DNA from: Actinomycetes bacterium
Lineage (GTDB): Bacteria; Actinomycetota; Acidimicrobiia; Acidimicrobiales; Acidimicrobiaceae
Reading direction: 5' to 3'
Assembly (NCBI GenBank): GCA_021819205.1
Contig: JAKARV010000009.1
Span: 2,880-66,879, forward strand
Length of the DNA: 64,000 nt
Notes under the pieces: generated by a model
What the model was told of the DNA's origin: nothing
What the model saw: only the letters and a program-made list of their open reading frames with translations
Database searches by the model: none
Translations under genes and position numbers: made by a program
Part shown: in pieces, positions 27,670 through 34,953 of the stretch
Layout: each line of letters opens with the position of its first letter
How positions within the stretch are numbered: the first letter of the stretch is position 1

Positions 27670-28859
27670 GCGAACGCATCCTGTTGGGAACGCCCGCCCA
27701 GGGAACCAGGATCCTCGGCATCCCCCTTGCCCGGGCATCCGCGGGCTCGGCTGCCGTTGCCAGCGCTCTCGCCGGTTGGGCGGGGTACGGTACCGCTGGC
27801 CTCCTTTTTGCCCTTCTCGTTATCGGGGCCGGTGCACTTGGGCTTGCCTACTTGCACCGATCAACGATCTATCCGGGGGCGTGGTTGCGACTGGTGGCCA
27901 AACGGCATCGCGGTGGCTTTGTCGATGACGGTGGGTACCTGGCTACGGTGGGCACGGCACGAACGGTACTGGCCTTTCGGCTCGAGCTCGCCACGCCGAG
28001 ACTATTCGGCCGAATTGAAGGGGAGGAGGGGGTGGACTGGGTCAGGCTGTTAACCGTGACCGCCAAACTTGCCGCTGGATTCCGTGGCGGCGCCAGGGTG
28101 GTGCTGTCGACCAGCATCTTGCCCTCGCTCCTCCGGTCGTCTTCTCCACCACTGCTCGAACCGGTGTACGAGGTAGTGTCGCGGCTAACCCTCTCACCGC
28201 GCTCAAAGCTGAACCGAACGGAACTAGAAAGGCTGGGTACCTGTGCGCAGCAGCTCTCCGCGCTCTCTTCCGAACTCGCGACGGTGCGCCTCGTGCGCCT
28301 CGAAGGTGGTCGCGCGCTTCTCGAGAGCTCGGTTGCTTCTCTTATTACCGGGGTGAATTCGGAAATTGTCGAGAGGGAGGACCGCCTCGAACTTGCGGGG
28401 TCGGTGGCATCGGTTCTAATGATCAAGGGGTGGGGGGAGGCTTCGCCACCACCTGGCCTATTGGCTCCGTTGTTCGCAGCCACTCCCCCGGCACGGTTGA
28501 TGGGGGTAGTGCTGGATCCGCTCGAGGCGAGAAGGGCGTTCCGCACCGTTGGGAGAGCTCGTGCCGAGCAGGAGGCGGACTCCCGGCTCTTGAGGCAGCA
28601 CGGCTACCTGGAGCGGCTGGCGGAGAGTGCTCGCACAACCGCCGCGGCGCTGCAGGAGGAGCGGCTTCTCGCCGGGTATGCCCTTGCCCGGTTTCAGATC
28701 GTCTCGGTAGTGCTTGCCCCCAACCGGGCCGGTCTGCGCAGAGAGCTTCGGGAGATGATCGAACTGGGGCTCCGCTGCAACGTCGAGTTCGCCGTGGCGC
28801 TCGGGCACCAGCGGGAGTGGTTCGAGCTGGCAACCGCGGGGGTTGAGGGATGGAGCTAG
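27666..28859 (+). CDS. TM-hairpin protein with a VirB4 N-terminal-like domain (SCO6880-family-like; VirB3/VirB4N analog)
   Basis: 397 aa from the Met at 27666 (ATGA overlap). The N-terminal double TM is followed by about 330 soluble residues with no Walker motifs. It sits immediately upstream of the ATPase. Confidence 0.5.
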   Translation: MSERILLGTPAQGTRILGIPLARASAGSAAVASALAGWAGYGTAGLLFALLVIGAGALGLAYLHRSTIYPGAWLRLVAKRHRGGFVDDGGYLATVGTARTVLAFRLELATPRLFGRIEGEEGVDWVRLLTVTAKLAAGFRGGARVVLSTSILPSLLRSSSPPLLEPVYEVVSRLTLSPRSKLNRTELERLGTCAQQLSALSSELATVRLVRLEGGRALLESSVASLITGVNSEIVEREDRLELAGSVASVLMIKGWGEASPPPGLLAPLFAATPPARLMGVVLDPLEARRAFRTVGRARAEQEADSRLLRQHGYLERLAESARTTAAALQEERLLAGYALARFQIVSVVLAPNRAGLRRELREMIELGLRCNVEFAVALGHQREWFELATAGVEGWS

Positions 28860-30022
28860 CGTGGCAGGCTACAACGGACGCGCTCGCCAGGATACCGGTT
28901 CCGACGGCGAGCCCGCTGACGGGAGGAGAACGCAACCCGCTCGGGTTGCTCGCCACCGGCGGGACTTTCTGCTTCGACCCATTCGACCTCTACGCCCGGG
29001 GCCAGATTACCAACCCAAACCTTCTCGTTCTTGGCGATGTCGGACGGGGCAAAAGCACCATGGTGAAGACGTTTCTTCATCGCGGCCTTGGTGAAGGCCA
29101 GTCGCTGGCTATCGTCGATCCGAAGGGAGAGTACCGGGAGCTTGGAAAAGTTTTGGGGGCGACTTGGCTCGCACCGGGCGATACTGGCGGGATCGATCCG
29201 TTTGCCGGATATGGTTCGAGCCCGTCGGAGGTGGCAACTGCGGTATTGGCGTTTATATCGTTGGCGCTTGGGCGCGATCCCACCGATGTCGAAAAGGCGG
29301 TCGCGGCCGCGATAGCACGCCATCTCGCCGCCGAGCGCCGACCCCCGAGTATTCGGCACCTCATCCACCTCTGTGGCCGTCCCAGCCTGGTAGGGGCGAT
29401 GGTGCCAACCATTCTCCGAGGGGAGGCGGAACGGTTGATGGCCGCCATGGGGATGGACCTCGAGCGGGTGGTAACGGGAGACCTCGCCGGTCTGTTCGCC
29501 GTCGATGGCAGGACGAAGCCGCTACCGGAGCGTGTGGTGATCGATCTCGGGGCAGTGGGGAGCGGGGAGCTTGGAGCGCTCGCTACTGCCGCAATCTTGC
29601 GGAGCCGGATCGCTGATCTGGCCCTAAGGCGCATTGGTGCCGGTTATGTGGTTCTGGACGAGGCATGGTCGGTGCTGCGCGACGGGAAAAACGCCGCCTC
29701 GATACGTTCTTTGCTCAAGCTTTCGCGAGCTTACGGCGCTTCCGTGATCGCGGTGACCCATCGGCTCTCGGATTTGAGTTCTGGCGCAAGGGAACTGGTC
29801 CGAGAGTGCGGAAGCGTCTCCCTCTTCTCTCAAGGGATCGGGGAGGCAGCGGAACTCCAGGAGTGGTTCGGATTTGATCCGCTACGTTGCAGCCTGGCCT
29901 CCGATCTTCCGCGGGGGAGGGCGATCTGGCTCTTGGGGCGGCGCGAATTCCTGGTAGACCACGTGGTGAAGCCGTCCGAAGCCGGCATGGTCGATACCGA
30001 CTCGCGGATGGTTGCGCGATGA
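28850..30022 (+). CDS. VirB4/TraC-type secretion ATPase (ATPase domain only)
   Basis: 390 aa. Walker A GDVGRGKST, Walker B YVVLDEAW, then VTHRLSDL. It overlaps the upstream gene by 10 nt. Confidence 0.75.
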   Translation: MELAWQATTDALARIPVPTASPLTGGERNPLGLLATGGTFCFDPFDLYARGQITNPNLLVLGDVGRGKSTMVKTFLHRGLGEGQSLAIVDPKGEYRELGKVLGATWLAPGDTGGIDPFAGYGSSPSEVATAVLAFISLALGRDPTDVEKAVAAAIARHLAAERRPPSIRHLIHLCGRPSLVGAMVPTILRGEAERLMAAMGMDLERVVTGDLAGLFAVDGRTKPLPERVVIDLGAVGSGELGALATAAILRSRIADLALRRIGAGYVVLDEAWSVLRDGKNAASIRSLLKLSRAYGASVIAVTHRLSDLSSGARELVRECGSVSLFSQGIGEAAELQEWFGFDPLRCSLASDLPRGRAIWLLGRREFLVDHVVKPSEAGMVDTDSRMVAR

Positions 30023-31239
30023 TTGCGCTCCTCTTGCTGCTGGTTCTGGTGGCGGCGGGGGTAACGGTCGGCCGGGACGGCAACTTCCGACACTCTCCGA
30101 ACTCTCGCCGGCTCTCCCCCGGCGATGGCCGGCGTCTTCACCGGTGGCGTTTCGGGTCGCCGACGCATTTTTCCCACCCATCGTGCGATCTGAGAATCGC
30201 CGCCGGGAGGCGGGAGATCCGCTTGGACTCCGAGTCCTCTCTCCTGGTGGTTGGACCCACCCGATCGGGAAAGACCCGGTCGGTGGTAGCCCCGAACTTG
30301 ACGCGGTGGAACGGCCCGCTCCTCTATGCGTCGGTCAAAGACGAACTGCTGAACGAGGAGGTGTTATCGGCGCGGTCGGCGTTTGGAGCGGTGTACGTGC
30401 TTGGGCCTTCCCCGCGCGCTAGCGCCTCGTGGTGGCCGGCTCTCGAAGCCAACTCGGCTGCCGCAGCCCAAAGGATGGCGAACATCGTAATCTCGGTTCA
30501 CGGCGGGAACGGAATCGATGGGACCGAGACCCGGTTCTGGTACGGGCTGGCAGAGCCGGTCCTGGCCGGCCTGCTCCGGGCGGCCAACCTCGCGGGGATT
30601 CCCGAGTCCGAAGTCGCTTCGTCGCCGGCTCTCGCCGAGCGTCTGCTGGAGAAGGCCGGAGAAGGGCAGTTGGCGTCGGAGGTAGCGGGCGCAGGTGGGC
30701 TTGACCAGAGGACCCGAAGTTCGGTGCTGCTCACAGTGAAGCAGCTGCTCGACCCGCTCTCCCGGATCGAGCAGCGCGGGCCGGCGGTAGCGCTCTCGGA
30801 TCTGCTGCCGGGGTCGGTCCTGCTGGTAGGCTCGATCGGCCAGCAACAGGAGGCGGCGATCTACCTCTCTACCTTCATCTCCGCCTACCTCCGGACCGTT
30901 CTTGAGCCCGGAGCCGGGGCGGCGCGGCTCCTTCTCCTCGATGAGGCGGCGCACCTCTCGCGGGTGCCGGAGTTGGCGGCGGCCGCCTCAGTCGGAATCG
31001 GCCTCGGGATCAGGATGGTCACGGTGGTCCAAGATCTCTCGCAGTTGGCAGCGCGTTACCGGGATGGGTGGCGCTCCATCGTCAGCAACCATACCGCGCA
31101 GCTTTTCCTGGGAACCGGAGGCGACGGGCTGACGCGCGACTACCTGACTCAAGCCTTTGGCGGAGATCCGCCGAACGGCAAAATCCTGCTTGAGAGGAGG
31201 AGACGGCCGTCGGTGATTTGGGAGCTACGCAAAGCTTAG
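30019..31239 (+). CDS. Type IV coupling protein (VirD4/TraG-like, TraM-recognition-domain type)
   Basis: 406 aa from the Met at 30019 (ATGA overlap). N-terminal TM MIALLLLLVLVAAGV, Walker A GPTRSGKT, Walker B LLLLDEAAH. Confidence 0.75.
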   Translation: MIALLLLLVLVAAGVTVGRDGNFRHSPNSRRLSPGDGRRLHRWRFGSPTHFSHPSCDLRIAAGRREIRLDSESSLLVVGPTRSGKTRSVVAPNLTRWNGPLLYASVKDELLNEEVLSARSAFGAVYVLGPSPRASASWWPALEANSAAAAQRMANIVISVHGGNGIDGTETRFWYGLAEPVLAGLLRAANLAGIPESEVASSPALAERLLEKAGEGQLASEVAGAGGLDQRTRSSVLLTVKQLLDPLSRIEQRGPAVALSDLLPGSVLLVGSIGQQQEAAIYLSTFISAYLRTVLEPGAGAARLLLLDEAAHLSRVPELAAAASVGIGLGIRMVTVVQDLSQLAARYRDGWRSIVSNHTAQLFLGTGGDGLTRDYLTQAFGGDPPNGKILLERRRRPSVIWELRKA

Positions 31240-31252
31240 GTTCGGGTGCTCC

Positions 31253-31648
31253 GTGCCGATGTCATTCTCCATGATCGAACAAGATCCAGGTATCGTCGAG
31301 GCGAACCTCCTTTTGGCACAGTTGGAGGAGGCGCTCACCGAGATGGAGAGGGTGGTCTCCGAAGACCAGTACGCCCAACTCGCGAGGGTTTCGGCGCAGG
31401 TTGAGGCGGTCGTGGCCGGGTTGAGCCGGCTGAAGATCGGAGCCGAAGGTAGCGATTCGGCAGTCGAGCAGCTCCGCGAGCGGCATCACCACCTCGCCAC
31501 CAGGGCAAGCGGCTTGGCCGCCGCTTGCTTCTGGCGCTCCCTGCTGGTATCGAACCTGCTCCGCGACCTAGGACTGGATTTGGGCATCTACGGAAGGGAT
31601 GGGCTGATCGAGCCCCAAGGCGTGCACTCTGTAAGCGAGAACGCATGA
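31253..31648 (+). CDS. FlgN-like flagellar export chaperone (putative)
   Basis: 131-aa helical, acidic protein. The call rests on its position directly upstream of flgK (ATGA overlap), as in flgN-flgK-flgL operons; no strong motif was seen. Confidence 0.4.
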   Translation: MPMSFSMIEQDPGIVEANLLLAQLEEALTEMERVVSEDQYAQLARVSAQVEAVVAGLSRLKIGAEGSDSAVEQLRERHHHLATRASGLAAACFWRSLLVSNLLRDLGLDLGIYGRDGLIEPQGVHSVSENA

Positions 31649-33027
31649 GCGGTGGCTCCCTGTACATAGCGCTCTCCGGGCTAGAGGCTCAGCAGGCAGC
31701 GCTGCAGGTCGTCAGCGAAAATGTCTCCAACGCCAACACGCCGGGGTACTTGGCCGAGTCGACCAATCTGGCTAATCTCCAGGTGGCGGGGAGCCCAATC
31801 GGAAGCGGCGTTACCGTTGCGGGAATAGTGCAGTCGAGCAGCACCTTCGCCAAGCAAATGGAGCTCCAGGCTTCCGCTTCGAACTCCTATGCCTCCCAGC
31901 TCCAGTCGTTGCTGTCGAGCGCGCAGAACTTTTTCATGGAGCCGTCGTCGTCTGGGCTATCTGAACAGATGAGCACGATGTGGAACTCATTTTCTTCGGT
32001 GGCGAACGACCCTACCCAGACGGGTCCGCGGATGCAGGTGGTCGCGAACGCCACCGATGTGGCGAACGCCATCAATCAGGCCGCAACCGGTTTGACAAGC
32101 CTCTTCAACCAGACGGCCAGCGCCATCGGCAGCCAGCTCCAGACCGTTAACCAGCAGCTATCGGACGTTGCCACGCTCAACCAGCAGATTGCCGCGCAGT
32201 CGGGGAGCCAAGGAGGGGCGAACTCGCTGATAGATCAGCGAAACCAGCTTTTGAACCAGCTCACTTCGGAGATTGGAGTCACGGTGTCGCCTGCCGCAGC
32301 CGGACAAGTAAACGTGCTTTCCGGAGGCATCGCTTTGGTCCAGGGTTCCCAAGCGGAGCAGCTCACCTACACTGCTGGAAGCGGATCCCCGCCGAGCACG
32401 CCGAACACTGCATCGGTATCGCTCGTCTCGAGTGGGACTGTGCTCCCGGTTGCTTCGGGGCAGGTGGGGGCGGAGCTGACCGTCTTGAACTCCAACCTGC
32501 CGACCTACGGCAACTACCTCAACCAGCTCGCCACGAGCTTGGCAAGCCAAGTAAACCAGCAGCTGGCAGCGGGAGAGAGCACGACCACTTCGGGTACCGG
32601 CTCCCAGGCGGGGATTCCGCTCTTCGTTGGGGCTGGGGGATCGCCAATCAACGCGTCCAACATCGAGGTGAACTCGCAGATAGCGAGCGACCCGATGCTG
32701 ATTGCGGCTTCCGGGAACCCATACGCCGCTGCCGATGGCAGCAATGCCCAGGCAGTTGCCAATCTCCAGACCCAGCCCACCGGACCCAACGCCCTCTGGT
32801 CCCAGATCAGCGGATCCGTGGGAGTGGACGTCGCCAACTCGCAAACCCTTGCCACCAGCGCCAACTCGGTCTACCAGCAGGCGTACGGGCAAGAGCAGGC
32901 GGTCAGCGGCGTTAACGTAAACGCCCAGCTGGTCAACATGGTGAACTACCAGAACGCTTACCAGGCCGCCGCCAAGTTGATCGGTACCATCTCCCAGACC
33001 CTCCAGTCCCTGATCCAGTCGGTATAG
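31645..33027 (+). CDS. flgK: Flagellar hook-associated protein 1 (FlgK)
   Basis: N-terminus MSGGSLYIALSGLEAQQAALQVVSENVSNANTPGY and C-terminus VNMVNYQNAYQAAAKLI are canonical FlgK termini. Confidence 0.9.
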   Translation: MSGGSLYIALSGLEAQQAALQVVSENVSNANTPGYLAESTNLANLQVAGSPIGSGVTVAGIVQSSSTFAKQMELQASASNSYASQLQSLLSSAQNFFMEPSSSGLSEQMSTMWNSFSSVANDPTQTGPRMQVVANATDVANAINQAATGLTSLFNQTASAIGSQLQTVNQQLSDVATLNQQIAAQSGSQGGANSLIDQRNQLLNQLTSEIGVTVSPAAAGQVNVLSGGIALVQGSQAEQLTYTAGSGSPPSTPNTASVSLVSSGTVLPVASGQVGAELTVLNSNLPTYGNYLNQLATSLASQVNQQLAAGESTTTSGTGSQAGIPLFVGAGGSPINASNIEVNSQIASDPMLIAASGNPYAAADGSNAQAVANLQTQPTGPNALWSQISGSVGVDVANSQTLATSANSVYQQAYGQEQAVSGVNVNAQLVNMVNYQNAYQAAAKLIGTISQTLQSLIQSV

Positions 33028-33037
33028 GAGGACCGAA

Positions 33038-33943
33038 ATGCTGCAGATCCCGTCCGAGCTAGCGCTATCTTCGGCGATGGCAAACTCGTTGACCAACTAT
33101 CAGAACCAGCTCAATCAGCTGGAGATCACGCTCGCCCAAGGGCAGAACATCAGCCAGCCGTCGGACAACCCCAGTGGCGTGGTCGCCCTCGGAAACGCCA
33201 CCGCATCCCTCAGCGCCTACCAGCAGTTCGCCACTAACATCAAGACCGGCGAGACCGTAGCATCGCTGGCCAACTCCTCGCTCAACCAGGCCGTCAACTT
33301 GGTACAGCAGATCCGGTCGGCGATGATCCAGGTGGGTTCGCCAGGAGTTACCGCCTCCTCGGCAGCCGGGATCGCGTCGCAGATCTCGGGTCTGGAACAG
33401 TCGTTGCTCGGCGTCGCCAACACGACCTATCTTGGGAACGCGATCTTTGCCGGAACCAGCGGCGCGGCGGTAGCCTACTCCCAGCCAGGCGGCAGCGGCA
33501 CTGCGGTCAGTTACAATGGCAACTCGACTGCGACCGAGGTGGCGGCGGCGCCGGCGCTCTCGATCGCGACGTCGGTTACCGATCCGTTTGGAGTGACTTC
33601 AGCTTCGGGAGGGGTCTTTGCCGCCATCAACCAAACGCTTTCGGACATCTCGAGCGGAAACTACTCCGCGGTTACCAGCAGCGACTTGAACTCGGTCACG
33701 ACGGCGCTCGGCAACCTTACCGACCAGGCCGCCAAGGCTGGGGTCAACTACAGCCAGTTCCAGTTGATGTCGAACCAGGTCTCGGCGGCGGTCACCAGTA
33801 TCACCGGCCAGGTGGCATCGATCCAGAATCTTGACTATGCCTCACTTACCACCCAGTACCAGCAGCAGTTGAACAACTACCAGGTAGCGCTGTTTGCCGC
33901 CTCCAAGGTCGCACAGCCGTCGCTGGCGAGTTATTTGCCCTAG
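33038..33943 (+). CDS. flgL: Flagellar hook-associated protein 3 (FlgL)
   Basis: 301 aa. Flagellin-like N-terminus (...LAQGQNISQPSDNPSGV...) and C-terminal helical region; follows flgK. Confidence 0.85.
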   Translation: MLQIPSELALSSAMANSLTNYQNQLNQLEITLAQGQNISQPSDNPSGVVALGNATASLSAYQQFATNIKTGETVASLANSSLNQAVNLVQQIRSAMIQVGSPGVTASSAAGIASQISGLEQSLLGVANTTYLGNAIFAGTSGAAVAYSQPGGSGTAVSYNGNSTATEVAAAPALSIATSVTDPFGVTSASGGVFAAINQTLSDISSGNYSAVTSSDLNSVTTALGNLTDQAAKAGVNYSQFQLMSNQVSAAVTSITGQVASIQNLDYASLTTQYQQQLNNYQVALFAASKVAQPSLASYLP

Positions 33944-33981
33944 ATCCAACCGTACGCAAAACGATGCAAGGAGAGTATGCG

Positions 33982-34437
33982 ATGAAGGTTCAAGAGGAGA
34001 GCGCGGCAACCGCCCTCTCGCTTCCACTGGCGTTCCCGATCGGCCTGCCGGGATTCGAGACGTACCACAGCTTCCACCTCGTGGGTCTCGGGCCGGCGTA
34101 CGGCCCTTACCTGGGTTTGCGCTGCGCAATCGACGAAGGGCCTACTTTCGTTGTGGTTCAGCCGAGCGAGATCGGGATCACGCTTGAACTAGAGATCGAC
34201 GACTTCCACCAAGCACTGCTCGGAATCAAGGATGCCTCCGAAGTTCTGGTAATGCTCATCGCGACCTTGCGCGAGGAGAAAGCCTTCCCTACGGTCAATA
34301 CCCAGGCTCCGCTGGTGATCAACGTCACCAACTGGAAAGTTGCCCAAGTCTCCCAGTCCAACGCCGAGTACCGGTTGGACCAGGAGGCAGAGGTAGCGTT
34401 CTACGACGCGGAACGGGCTATTGCTGCCCTTCGGTAG
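33982..34437 (+). CDS. fliW: Flagellar assembly factor FliW (CsrA antagonist)
   Basis: LAFPIGLPGFE...FVVVQP...INVTNWKVAQV pattern. AAGGAG lies 8 nt upstream of the ATG at 33982. Confidence 0.85.
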   Translation: MKVQEESAATALSLPLAFPIGLPGFETYHSFHLVGLGPAYGPYLGLRCAIDEGPTFVVVQPSEIGITLELEIDDFHQALLGIKDASEVLVMLIATLREEKAFPTVNTQAPLVINVTNWKVAQVSQSNAEYRLDQEAEVAFYDAERAIAALR

Positions 34438-34645
34438 TTGTCTTCCGCAGGGCCTGCTCGGACGACTCCGCTGCCATCCGGTTCGCGGCCTGCAAGGCTT
34501 CGAAAATCTCCTGCCGATGGACGTCCACGTTTCGTGGTGCCTCGATGCCGATCCGCACCTGATCCCGGTGTACATCGAGCACGGTAATCACGATGTCGGT
34601 CCCGATCACGATGCTCTGGCTTGCCTTCCGGGTGAGTACTAACAC
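34418..34645 (-). CDS. csrA: Carbon storage / translational regulator CsrA
   Basis: 75 aa. MLVLTRKASQSIVIG.DIVITVLDV..DQVRIGIEAP..V.VHRQEI is a near-consensus CsrA. GTG start with GGGAGG upstream. Confidence 0.9.
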   Translation of the reverse strand: MLVLTRKASQSIVIGTDIVITVLDVHRDQVRIGIEAPRNVDVHRQEIFEALQAANRMAAESSEQALRKTTTEGQQ

Positions 34646-34953
34646 TGCGCCTCCCTGCGCCCGTAGGCGATCGTCCCCTCACTGAATATCGCGGATCCCA
34701 CAAAGACAATTTCATCGCCCACTCAAGGTGAGAGCAACATACATTATCTTGCCGACCCATTAGCAATAGTACCACAGGTGGTGGGGGTGCTACCGGAGTT
34801 TCGCCATCTGTTGAAGCAAAGTCGCAGCTCCCAAGGGAGACGGACGGTGCCGGGCGACCATGGACCGGTGGCTGGCAACCCTGGAGACATTTCGGTAAAG
34901 CGAACGCGGCTGGGTGTCGAAAGAGAACCATCGCAAGACTTAAGGAGGAGTCG

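Noticed and set aside
22107-31239. Whole 9-kb block as a classical integrative conjugative or genomic island
   Set aside because: No integrase, relaxase, tRNA target or flanking direct repeats are visible in the window. Codon style looks like the rest of the window except for the AT-rich promoter region. The idea is kept only as a hypothesis to test with wider flanks.
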